Shown piece after piece: positions 12,140-23,500 of a stretch of 64,000 bases of DNA (position 1 is the first letter of the stretch; every line of letters begins with the position of its first letter). The notes below the pieces were generated by a model. The model saw only the letters and a program-made list of their open reading frames with translations, made no database searches and was not told the DNA's origin. Source of the DNA: Phaeosaccion multiseriatum. Lineage: Eukaryota > Protista > Ochrophyta, other classes. The stretch covers positions 186,001 through 250,000 of the forward strand of contig OZ218955.1 of assembly GCA_965112735.1 (NCBI GenBank), read 5' to 3'. Made by a program: the position numbers and the translations under genes.

Positions 12140-15019
12140 TTCTCCTTGTCTCTGTCCCTCTCTTCACTCTCCCTATCTCTCACCCTCTCTCTCTCTTCAC
12201 TCTTTTCTCTCCCTCTGTCTCTCTTCACTCTCTCTCTCCCCTTTGGGTGGATTCCTTGGTCCCCTTTGGGTGGATTCCTTGGTCCCCTTGGGTGGTTCTC
12301 ATTCTCACCTCCCCTCAATCCTCTTATCATGTCACATCTCTCCCCACCCGTTCACTGCCATCCACCCACCCACCCATCCACTGCCATCCTAGTGGCCAAT
12401 CATCTGCCCTGGCGACAGTAGTGGGGTTGGTGGTCCGAACCCTCGACGCCATCCTCTACATTTACATTGGGTACTTGCTCACGCTGCTGCTGAGGAAGGC
12501 GCAGGGGAGGGAGGTGATGGCCAGACTGGGGGGGAGGACGCTTGTCGTTGTTGACAACCCCATGGTGCACCAGATGACAGAGGTGCGGGAGAGAGAGAGA
12601 GAGAGAGGACTGACGTACTACTGCCTTGCTGGCTGACTGCCCCACTGACTTACTGTGTCCCTGCCTCATTGCCTCTCGCCGCAGTCGTTCGTCTCGAAGC
12701 TGTTCTCGATGGGCTACTCGTTCAACACGTTGACTGTGCACGGCGGCAGCGGGGTGGACCACTTCGTCCATCGCTTCACACACAGAGTGGTCAGGGGCAC
12801 ACTCCTCGCTGTGGGGAGGTGAGTAAGTCAGTGAGGCAGTATGTCAGTGAGGCAGTAAGTCAGTGAGGTGGGAGTGGTCTCAGGCCGTCAGGAGTGTGTC
12901 CTTCGTGGTCTGGCGGCTTGGCCTCTTTTCTTCTCATGCCTTCCTGGATGGAGCAGTGAGTAGCGGCTTATCTTATGCCCCTCTCTCTCCCCTCCACAGA
13001 CCCGATGGGCGGCTCTGTTCTCTCACCAAGACGGAAGGCACAGTCCTCCTTGCTGTCAAACAAGCCGCCTTCATCCAAAACAAGGACGTCGGTTGCGACG
13101 TCTTCAGCATTGGCCACTCTCCCTACATCCCCGCCATTCCCTGTTGCAACACCATCCCCCTCGTCTCTCATCGCCGGCCCTTCTTGGACGAAGAGGTGTA
13201 CGAGCGGCTGTGGAACGCCAAACGTCCCTTCACCCTGGCTATGGTGCGGCAGATCGGACTGAGGTCACAGAAAGCGCAGAGGGAGATGGTGCAACACACG
13301 AATCAGATACTTGGACCGCGGACGGGGGCAGACGCGCGTGGGGTTGGCAAGGCGAAGTCCACTTTTTTGGCGAGGCAGAACTCGGAGGAGCTGAGGATTG
13401 CGGAGGGGGAGGAGCAGGAAGAAGAACAGGAGGAGGAGGAGGAGGAGGAGGAGGAGGAGGATGAGGAGGAGGACGACGACGAAGAAGAGAAAGAAAAGGA
13501 GGATGAGGAGGAGGAAGACGACTCAGAGGAGGAGTCAGGTATCGTTAACAACCTGCTGCTTTGCATGCAGAACGGCGCAGAGGAGGAGGAGGACCGAGAG
13601 AAGAAGAACGCGAAGAAGAAGATGAAGGTTCAGCCGTACGTAGACCCTGCCACGGGGAAGGTGCGTAAGGAAGACGAGACTCTGGCGCTGGCCACGGAGC
13701 TGCTCGATGACGATGATGATAATGATGGGGATGAGGGTCAGAGCAAGGCCAAGAGGAAGGGGAAGAAGAATCAGATGTACGTAGACCCGACCACAGGCAT
13801 GGTGCGTAAGGAAGACGAGACTTTGGCGCTGGCCATGGAGCTGCTCGATGACGATGACGAGAATGATGGAGATGAGGGGAAGGACAAGACCACGGAGAAG
13901 GGGAAGAAGACGTTGAAGAAGAAGGCGAAGAAGAAGAAGGTGACGACTGCGAAAAAGACCAAGGCTGCCGGAGGGAAGGCGAAGCAGAAGGCGCGAGCGG
14001 AGGAGCCGAAGGAGGAGCTGAAGGAGGAGCTGAAGGAGGAACTGGATGAGGAGCTTAAGGAGGAGATGGGAACAGGGATGGGGATGGGGGTAAGCAGCCA
14101 CATGTCCCAAGGGGGCGCTCCCGGCAGGTCTGTAAGTGCCGAGGCCGACGTGGGAGGAGAGTTTACCATGGACCATACCGGCACCAAGTTGCAGAGGTGA
14201 GTGAGGCACAGGCGATGGACACCTTGCCTTCCTTCGGAGGCCTTCGGAGGCCTTCGTCTGACAGGGGAGGCGGGAGAGTCGGGGAGCTAGCACCTGTCTT
14301 CGTCTCTCTGTCTGTTCTCTGTCTGTTCTCTGTCTGTTCTCTCTCTCTGTCTGTTCTCTGTCTGTTCTCTGTCTGTTCTCTGTCTGTTCTCTGTCTGTTC
14401 TCTGTCTGTTCTCTCTCTCTGTCTCTCTCTCTCTCTCTCTCCGTCTCCCTCTGTCTCTCTTTGTCTCTCTCTCTCTCTCTCTCTGTCTCTGTCTTTTCCT
14501 GTAGCTGTCTTTGTCGCTGTCTCTGTGTGTGTCTGTGTCTCTGCCTCTGCTCGCCCCCCCCCCCCCCCCCCGTTGCCCGAACCCTCCATCCCCTCACAAT
14601 CTGTCTTCCACAGACCCCTCTCCCCATGGCTCATCACGTCTCCTCCTCCTCCTCCTCCTCCTCCTCCTCCTCCTCCTCCTCCTCCTCCTCCTCCTCCTCC
14701 TTCTCCTCCTCCTCCTCCTCCTCCTTAGATTCTCTATGCGTCGGTGCATGGTGGTGACGGCTGGCCCTATGAAGGGTTTGTACGACGGGCTGCCCTACGG
14801 AGCGCACCACGCAGAGCAAGTAGGCATGGCGGGTACGTATCTACTTGCGTATCTACTTACGTATCTTGAACGTAATGACATACCGTAGGCTGTGTCAAGA
14901 AGTGTCATAGCGCCACCCGCACTCCCTGTACCCCCCTGGGCTCTTTCTTTGTGCTGTTACGTAGTGTTTTATAGTGCTATGAAGTCTCTCTCTCTAGCTC
15001 AACTCCCCCTCCCCCCCCC

Positions 15020-15061
<42 letters not shown>

Positions 15062-16859
15062 CGCTGTGGCAGGCAACACTCTGCAAGAGTTCATGGACAC
15101 GACAGACAATAAAACGATTCGCCAATCCAGCGGTACCGGCAAGTCCAGCACTGGACCATCTGCAAACGGGCGGAGCAGTAGTGCTGGTAAGAAGCGTAGT
15201 AAGTCAGCGGAAATAGCCCGTCTCAAGAATGAGCTTGCGGAGCTGGAGAGCCGTCTTGCTCAGTTGGCTCCTCAGGTCGGATCGGAGGAAGCGGCTCTAA
15301 GTGACGAAAAGTGGCGCTCCATCCATGACCCCTCTGCGAGGCTTGCCTTCGCCTCCAAGCTTGACCACCTCACTCACAAGGTTCAAGATCAAGGTACGAT
15401 GGGTATTCGGTGTAGTATGTCAATGGGAGCGTGGGCTGCCCCTCTTCCCATGGCGTGGTGGTGTGTGTGTGTGTGTGCGCGTGTATGTCCGTCTGTCTGT
15501 CTGGGCATGCGTTAGTGTGTATGTCCGGGCGTCGTGTTGACCTCGCTGCTCCCCTCACTGCCTGAGACCGCCGACGCTGACCTTTGCCCCCCCCCACCGC
15601 CCTCCTTCTCCTCCTGCTGCGGCTGGCGACCACCCACCACCCCCTATACCACCACCATTCGCCCCCTGCCCATACGCCTGCCCGTACCCTTGCCCATATG
15701 CCTGCCTGCCTGCCCATATGCCCTTCCCTTTAGCCATGCCCCTGCAGCTGTTCTACGAGTCGCGCGTGGCGTCTCTGGAGCGCTACCTTGCCTTCTGCGT
15801 CACATTCCACGCCATGGCCAAGGCCTGCTGCGAGCCTGCCTTGAGGGTGCCGTGGGACATTGCAAGGAGTCAGGTACGTGTGTTGGGTGTGTGGGGTACT
15901 CGCTCGTTGGCTTACTGCTGCCTGCCCCCCGCACTGACTTTTTTGATAAGGTCACATGAGCTGAAAACTGAAAACTGACTTTTGGGTGACTGACTGACTG
16001 ACTGACTGACTGACTGACTACCTGACTGCCTGACCGCCTGCCTGCCTGACTGCCTGACTGACTGACTGACTTCCCACTCACTCACTCACTCACTCACTCA
16101 CTCGCTCACTCACTCACTCACTCACTCACTCACTCACTCACTCACTCACTCACTCACTCACTCACTCACTCACTCACTCACTCACTCACTCACTCACTCA
16201 CTCACTCACTCACTCACTCACTCACTCACTCACTCACTCACTCACTCACTCACTCACTCACTCACTCACTCACTCACTCACTCACTCACTCACTGACCCA
16301 CTGACCCACTGACCGACTGACCCACTCACTGACTGACTGACTTTCTCTTGATTCGCAGTCCAATCTTCGTGTGGCGACAACCGCAGCGCCCGTGAATGCC
16401 ACGGAGAGCGGCGGGGAAGGAGACGAGCAGTCCACACACCACATCATGAAGAAGTGAGTCCGGCACTGACGCAAGCAATCGAGGGGGGGGAGGGGGGACA
16501 TGTGGAGGGTAGGAGGAGGAGGAGGAGGAGGAGGGGGAGGGGGGGGGGGAGGGGGAGGAGGAGGAGGAGTCTTGAGTTTTGCCTTAGCTGAGCTGAGATG
16601 TGCACAAGGAGCGTCGACCTCACTTCACTCACTTCACTGCACATGACACCCCGCAGAGGCATATGGGCAGGCAGGCTCACTGAAAGGCGCTGCGAAGGGG
16701 TTGAGTTGGCTGCGCATGTGCCCGCCCATATGCCTGCCCGCCTGTCAGCCCATATGCCTGCGGTCAGCCCTGTCCTTTGAGGGGCTCATCGCGCACGCCC
16801 AAAGCTGACTCACTGCACACCCAAGTTCACTCACTGTACACCCAAATTGACTCACTGCC

Positions 16860-16890
<31 letters not shown>

Positions 16891-16965
16891 TGGCCCCAAT
16901 GTAGGTACAAGCGGGAGTTCAAGGACATTCAGAAGACACTCACTCATGTCAACACCCATTTCTGA
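4005..16965 (+). CDS. Large multi-exon GlmS/GFAT-like protein: class-II glutamine amidotransferase (Ntn) + SIS domains + transmembrane helices
   Basis: Spliced translation gives N-terminal MCGNFG (Cys nucleophile, exon 4005..4021), [56 protein letters not shown] (SIS phosphate loop), a hydrophobic block at 11690-12500, [30 protein letters not shown] and RVATTAAPV. Last exon ends [19 protein letters not shown]. Splice phases checked for the first exons and the last exon; several internal boundaries are approximate. Confidence 0.8.
5491..5578. repeat. 19-bp intronic minisatellite (ATTGATGAGGAATGTCTTT) x ~4.5
   Basis: Tandem units are directly visible. Confidence 0.85.
9717..9925. repeat. (CCCT)n intronic microsatellite
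   Basis: Directly visible, upstream of the acceptor at ~9928. Confidence 0.95.
11936..12130. repeat. (CTGT)n intronic microsatellite
   Basis: Directly visible. Confidence 0.95.
16076..16294. repeat. (CACT)n intronic microsatellite
   Basis: Directly visible. Confidence 0.95.
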
Positions 16966-17767
16966 GCCTCCGGAGGGGGAGGGGGGAGGGGAGGAGAGGG
17001 GAGGCGAGGAGAGGGAGCTCGCACCTCTGTCTGTCTGCAGATGAGATGGCACCGCACGGCAGACAAGGGAGAGAGGGTCATGTTTAGCTCGAACAGAACA
17101 CATGTTTGGGAGGGTCGATTTCGGCACTCGATTTGGCATCGTGGCGTGGACTCTATACCCACGTGATATGCAAAGCACAGGGCACAGGAGGAGGATGGGG
17201 GGGGGGGGGTGGCAGTTACTCGTTTGCTGCTCTTGAGAAAGAAAGCGTTAGAGGGTGTTGCCCTGCCCATGCTGCTGCAGGGGACGCGCTGGCCACTCAG
17301 TGGCACTGTTCTCACTACAGGGAGGGAGGGAAGGAGGGGCCCACACAAACACGGGGCGAGGGAAGCTGCAGAGTTTGGGATTTTGGTCTCACTCTCACCG
17401 AACGAATGAATCAAGGGCTCGAGAGGAGCGGCGACTTCGTGCTGTCAGTCACTCACAATATTATGCAACACTACGAAGGTGTGAAGATAGACATGGGATG
17501 GGCGGTTCAACATTACATTATAAATTAAAAGTAAAATTAGAATTTATAAACACAGGCGCTGGCCATTGACTGATCGATCGACGCATCCACTGCCATCTGC
17601 TGACATCTGCTACCGGGGGCACCCGCAACTGTCTCTCTCCTCCCAAAGCTCTCCTTATGCCCTGTTCTCCTCCTCCTTGCCCCTGTGCTGCTGCGTCTGT
17701 GGCTGGCACGCTGACAGCTTTCAACCCCACCTGACATGGAGTGCAACGGGAGATGGAGCGGGCCGAC

Positions 17768-18083
17768 CTGACACCAAACAGAGGACTCCTGCTGTCCTGA
17801 CACCAAACAGAGGACTCCTGCTGTCCTGACACCAAACAGAGGACTCCTGTCCTGACACCAAACAGAGGACTCCTGCTGTCCTGACATCAAACAGAGGACT
17901 CCTGCTGTCCTGACACCAAAAAGAGGACTCCTGCTGTCCTGACACCAAACAGAGGACTCCTGCTGTCCTGACATCAAACAGAGGACTCCCGCTGTCCTGA
18001 CACCAAACAGAGGACTCCTGCTGTCCTGACACCAAAGAGAGGACTCCTGCTGTCCTGACATCAAACAGAGGACTCCTGCTGAC
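17768..18083. repeat. 29-bp minisatellite (CTGACACCAAACAGAGGACTCCTGCTGTC) x ~11
   Basis: Head-to-tail units with no spacers, one unit 3 bp shorter. Lies between convergent genes. Confidence 0.95.
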
Positions 18084-18638
18084 TCCCCGGCCTCGGCCAA
18101 GGGCCTCCTTCCCCTCCAAGTCAATGAAGGCCCCGCCTCGCCAACTTGTGCGTGTTTCTGAAATGGGGGTAAGATTCTTACGGGTACCCATTTATTATAT
18201 CACCATGACTCCAATATACACAAGAGCTCTTCCTTCAGCGAAAGGCCAAAGCCAAAGCACACATGAGTGACTCGCAGCTTTGACCATACATGTACCCCAT
18301 ACCCCCTTGCCCTCTCCCCTTATCCCGAGACGTCCTGTCCTGACACCCCGCCTCTGCGGACTGGCCTATTGAGCAGGAGATTTGATGCCCTCCCACCCAC
18401 CCGCTGCTGTCCTCCCTCCCTCCCTCTCTCTCTCCCTCTCTCTCGTTCTCTCGTTCTCTCCCTCCCTCTCCTCCCACACACTCCAACTCTTCCTCTGTAC
18501 AACCAGCCAGCGAACCAGCCCCATCCTCCTCTTCTCTTTGGTCCCGCCCCCCCAAGCTGCAGTCGTAGCCAATCATCAGGGCGCCATTGCCCGCAAAACT
18601 CACACACACGCACAAAACGAAAGACAAAGCTGTCTCTC

Positions 18639-19253
18639 TCATAGGACCGCAGCCACGAGCGCGGCCCCCACCGAGGTCCCGAGCAGTGCGTAGCTGCCCG
18701 TGTCCGCTGCCTTCATGTCCGACAGCGTCTCGGGCTTAAAGTCCCACACCGCATGCCTCACCGCTCCGAGGTAGTGGTACACCAGCGGAAACACCACCAC
18801 ACCCTTAGCCACCCCTCCAGCCAGCCCCGCCTGCCCCACGCTCTCCATGAGCGCTGTCACGTCTCCCCCGCCGAGGGCCACCGCCCCCACCCCGTACAGC
18901 CCCACTGTAAGGCCCACCCCTGTCACCCGGTTGACGATCGAGGACAGCGCGGCGGGTGGGAATTTGTAAATCGTGACATGCGGGGAGATGGGCCTGCCCG
19001 TCTTGGCCATGCGCTCGGAGTAGCTTAGGGGAGGTTGCTCTGCTGCTGCAGCTGGCGCGGCGCTGGCTTGCTTGGTGCTGGTGGTACTGGTTTGCCTGCA
19101 GCTGCTGCAGCCCACGGCCGCTGGCATGTGCTGCTGCTGCTGCTGCTGCTGCTGCTGTGGTAGCCTCAGTCCCCCTCCTATGGCTCTTCCAACTACTCTT
19201 CCTGCTGCTGCTGCCGCTGGTCTTCGCAACATCATTGCTGAAGAGGTTAACAT
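18639..19253 (-). CDS. SDHC: Succinate dehydrogenase cytochrome b560 subunit, with mitochondrial presequence
   Basis: RPISPHVTIYKFP, SSIVNRVTG and YHYLGAVRHAVWD motifs, three TM segments and an Arg/Ala-rich N-terminal presequence. Single coding exon. Confidence 0.95.
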   Translation of the reverse strand: MLTSSAMMLRRPAAAAAGRVVGRAIGGGLRLPQQQQQQQQQHMPAAVGCSSCRQTSTTSTKQASAAPAAAAEQPPLSYSERMAKTGRPISPHVTIYKFPPAALSSIVNRVTGVGLTVGLYGVGAVALGGGDVTALMESVGQAGLAGGVAKGVVVFPLVYHYLGAVRHAVWDFKPETLSDMKAADTGSYALLGTSVGAALVAAVL

Positions 19254-19848
19254 CGGGGTCCTGGTCCAAATATCCTGAGGAGGGGAAAGAGAGAGAGTGG
19301 AAAGTGATGAGAGGAGGACCAAAGCGAGGGACGAAGGAGAGGGAGAGGAGAGGAGGGTCGAGAGATGATAAGGAAGGCGAGAGGGGGGGAACGGCTGTAG
19401 GTAGAAAGCAAGAAAGAAAAGAGCAAAAAAGCAGAGAAGAAGAGGGAGAAAAGAAAAGGGGCTTTGTATAAGACTGGTCGGACAGAGAAGGAGACTGGTC
19501 AGTAGTGCAAGGAGATTGCAAGTTTTGCGGCTCTTGCTTGGCTCCTTCTTACCCTTGCTTAAAACACCTCTCTGCTCTTCCTGGTGAGTTTCGTGAGGTG
19601 CAAATAGGGCACCCCCCGGGGTTATTCGTCCTATTAAGTCAATAGAATATTCCCTCCTCCCTCCTCTCTCTTTTGGTGAGACAGTCACAGCACGACAGCA
19701 CGTGAGAAGTCCCAAGGTTTTCATGGGATTGGAAGTGAGGAGTAGATTGGTTCGTGTTGTCTCTTTCCACCTCGCTGGCCTAACGAGGAGTGCAGGCCTA
19801 CAGGTGTGCTGCTACCCACTGGGCTGGGCGGCACCACGCACGCGCCCA

Positions 19849-20110
19849 CGGTCGACCCTGGACAAGGTTACAGTGTGCGCCCGCCATAATCAGTAATCAG
19901 GCCGGCTGGCGCCAATAATCAGTAATCAGGCCGGCTGGTGCCGGTCATAATCAGTAATCAGACCCAGCCAGCCGCCGGCCATAATCAGTAATCAGGCCCG
20001 GCTGGCGCCATAATCAGTAATCAGGCCGGCTGGCGCCGGCTGTAATCAGTAATCAGGCCGGTTGCGCCGGCCGTAATCAGTAATCAGATAACCTTGTCCA
20101 GGGCCGACCG
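19849..20110. mobile_element. MITE-like element C: 22-bp TIRs enclosing 7 copies of TAATCAGTAATCAG with GC-rich linkers
   Basis: CGGTCGACCCTGGACAAGGTTA ... TAACCTTGTCCAGGGCCGACCG (1 mismatch). No TSD recognised. Confidence 0.75.
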
Positions 20111-20132
20111 CTCTTATCTGGGGGCTACTCCC

Positions 20133-20208
20133 GCCTAGGATTGAAAAGTGAGCGGCTTAGAGCGGCCTAACGGCCTAGAGCAAAACCGCTAGGCGTACAC
20201 GGGGCTGA
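20133..20208. mobile_element. Truncated right half of MITE family A
   Basis: TAGGATTGAAAAGTGAGCGGCTTAGAGCGGCC..CGGCCTAGAGCAAAACCGCTAGGCGTACACGGGGCTGA matches 2856-2970 with an internal deletion. Confidence 0.75.
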
Positions 20209-20556
20209 GAGTGAAGAATCGGCTCCAGCCAGCAGGCGAGCTTTCTCTGGTCGGCTCCGAAGTCCTACATGTATAATCGCTCAGTATAAGCCTAGGCCTC
20301 TTTTTGGCGCTATGCCTCTTTCTGGCGCAGCCCCCCCCCCCCCCCTACTATCTCTCTGAGCTTCTTCTGGACCCGACCCTCCTGACCTGGCTCAGCGGCT
20401 CCAGACTAGCTACAACACCAGGGGGAAAAGGGAGCCAAATAGACCAACAATAAAATGATATAATGTCTCATGTTAGGTGGTCCTCCCTTACGGACCAGTA
20501 TAAAAAGCTATTTGTCGCCCCGAAGGAGGAAAAGGGAGGGAGGAGGTAGTGATAGC

Positions 20557-23500
20557 TCAGGTTCCAGGGCACAGCAGGGCGTCTTCCACGGTAAAGTCGA
20601 CATCATCCCGCCCCCCGTCCACGCCAAACAGAATGGCCGCGCCCGCGTCGAACACCTCCGTACTTAGCGTGTAAACGGCCTCCTGGGAGTTGATGGTGAC
20701 CCTCTGGCGGGCGTAGTATGATCTTGGGCTGTCTTGGAGTCCAACCAACAATTGGACGTCCCTTTCGGACTCGGCACGGAGGGTGAACGAGAGGGTATAG
20801 GTGGACCCCAGCTCCAGGTCCGCCCTCGGCACAGCTTGGTACAGCTGGGGAAGCAAGGATGACGGGGGCGGAGGAATGCCGGGGGTGTGAGAGCCAGCAG
20901 AAGGGGATGGGGAGATGGGCACGCAGGGCAGACAGGAAGGCAGGACGATGGCTGCGCCAAACCCGAAGGAAGAGAAAGTCACACTCTACTAGCTACATCA
21001 CGCCGAAACGGAACAAAGCCCCGCTGTCATTACTCACCCGCATGTCCTCTCTTCTTCTTCCCCTAGTGTCGATGTCGAACGTCACCGCGCCGTCTGCGGC
21101 GACAAACGAGGCCACCAGAGTGCTGCCAGACCTCACGTACCCGGTCCACCCAGAGAGCCCCTCGTCGAAGTACGTGTTGACGAGGACCCCCGTGCTACCG
21201 TCGCTGCACGTCCTCCCTGCAGGGACAGGAGAGGGAGTAGGAGCTACCGGCGCTTCGGTCACAGGTACCGGTGGTTCGGTCACAGATACAGGTGCCTCAG
21301 TTGCAGGTGCAGGTGCTTCAGTGGCAGGTACAGGTGCCGGAGTAGTGGGGGCTCCATCAGCCCGGCACAACAAACCCCCAAGCATCGTAAAGTCGACGTC
21401 GGACAAGGCGCCTTGAAGGCCGAACTTGACGGGGGACTCGAGGGTCGTAATCGTCGCGCTGACGGTGCATGTGGACACCGTGGGGCCAACGATACAAGGA
21501 GCACTCACGAAGGGCCAGTACGGGGCCTCGAACTGCTGAATGAAGGGGGTGATTTCCCGGGTGGCGTCGGCGGTGATGTCGAAGCTCACAGTGAAGGTTT
21601 CGCCCAGCGTCAGCTCCGAAATGGGAAGCACTTGATAAATTTGCATCTGCCAGTCCGAACTACCGGGTGTGTTGATGGTAAAGCGCGCCCCCCCACCACC
21701 TTCGCTCACGTAAGTAATGGAGCCCACAGAACCAGCCGCAAAGAACTCCCACGGAGCGAGGCTGCCTTCCACCCCGGGGTTGACGAAGACATTGGGCGCC
21801 CCAAAGGGACACGTCGGGTCGTTGATCTCCGGCGTGGGGGGGCTCGTCGCAGGGGGGCTTGTCCCCGTGGGGGTGGGTGGGGGTGTGTCGCCAGTGAGAG
21901 AGGATGTAAAAGCCTCGTAGATGCAGCCACGGTCGTACTGGTCCCACCACTCTCGGGTGTCCGGGTTGTCGTTGTAAGTCTCGCTTTGGCAGCCGGGAGA
22001 TCCAACCACCTGGCGAGTGCATGAGTTGGTGAGTTGGCGTGTGTTCAAGGGGGAGGGGGGGGGGGGTGCAGGCGTGAGGAGGTGCGATGCATCACAGCGC
22101 GACTGACTGACTGACTGACTGACTGACTGACTGACTGACTGACTGACTGACTGACTGACTGACTGACTGACTGACTGACTGACTGACTGACTGACTGACT
22201 GACTGACTGACTGACTGACTGACTGACTGACTGACTGACTGACTGACTGACTGACTGACTGACTGACTGACTGACTGACTGACTGACTGACTGACTGACT
22301 GACTGACTGACTGACTGACTGACTGACTGACTGACTGACTGACTGACTGACTGACTGACTGACTGACTGACTGACTGACTGACTGACTGACTGACTGACT
22401 GACTGACTGACTGACTGACTGACTGACTGACTGACTGACTGACTGACTGACTGACTCACCTGCTCCTCGCACTCCTGTGGCTCCGCGATGCTGCTGCCCT
22501 CACAGATTGAAGACATGAGGCGCTGGAAAATAGCATGGTTCACCATAGCGGAGGGGTGACCGTCGAGCTCGAAGGGCTGGTTGGGTCTGCCGTTGGCCGT
22601 TCCATCCATGTTGAGGTAGCTGAGACCGAAGGTCGCAGCAGTCTTGGGAGGGAGCGGAAGGGGCGGACGAGTGAGGCGGGGAAGGAGAGAGGAGAGAGGA
22701 AGAAAGCCGGCTTCTCCTGCGATCCAGCCGCCCGCTACCCCGCCCATCCACACGCACGCACGCACGTACGCACACGCACGTGTCACCATGCTCTCATGCA
22801 AATAAAACTGTCCAGCCCCCCAACTCAAGAAACTGAAAGTGTCCAGGAAACTGGAACTGTCCGACCCCTCTACACTTACTTGTCGAATGACGTCATCGAA
22901 AGTTGTCGTGTACTCGGAGTACCTCCTCAGGCCGGAGAGGGTGAGGTCGAGATTGGGGAAGTCGGTGACGATGCGCTGCACCACCGCCGTGAACTTGGTC
23001 TCGAAATATTCCGTCTGCACGGAAAACGGCTCCGAGCTCAAGGCCTGCAGAGTGGCGCCCTCGGCTTGAGCGTCACACGCCCACTGCAGCCCCTGGAAGC
23101 AGAAGGTATACCTGGGGGGTATGGAGGACCACAGAATGTCCGATGTTCGGGCAGGCAAGGCAAGAAGAGGACAGGAGTAGGGCAGGAGCAGAAGCAGGGG
23201 TAAGGAGGGGTCAGGGAGGGGGAAGGAAGGAGTTGGGGTGGCTGGGGATTCGTTGAACACGATGCATTCTATTTCCAGGAACAAGGAACAAGCCGCACCG
23301 ACCGCTCAACCCCCCTCTGCTCTCAGAGCACGCACCACAGGCCGATGTAAATCACCATGTCACCATGGTCGTTCTGGCGTCCTGCATCTGCGAGTACGTC
23401 CAGTTGAAGGTCCAGCATGTCCGGGGACAGAGCGGAGGACCACACAATGCTTGCGTCACCCTGGAAGGAACCATCGCCACCGAGGCTGTGCTCGTACACC

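Noticed and set aside
17768-18083. 29-bp repeats as a CRISPR array or coding ORF
   Set aside because: Units are head-to-tail with no spacers. The ORFs over it are repeat translations.
19885-20088. CRISPR-like repeat/spacer appearance
   Set aside because: Repeats are only 14 bp, the spacers are variants of one sequence, the array is enclosed by TIRs, and the context is eukaryotic with no cas genes.
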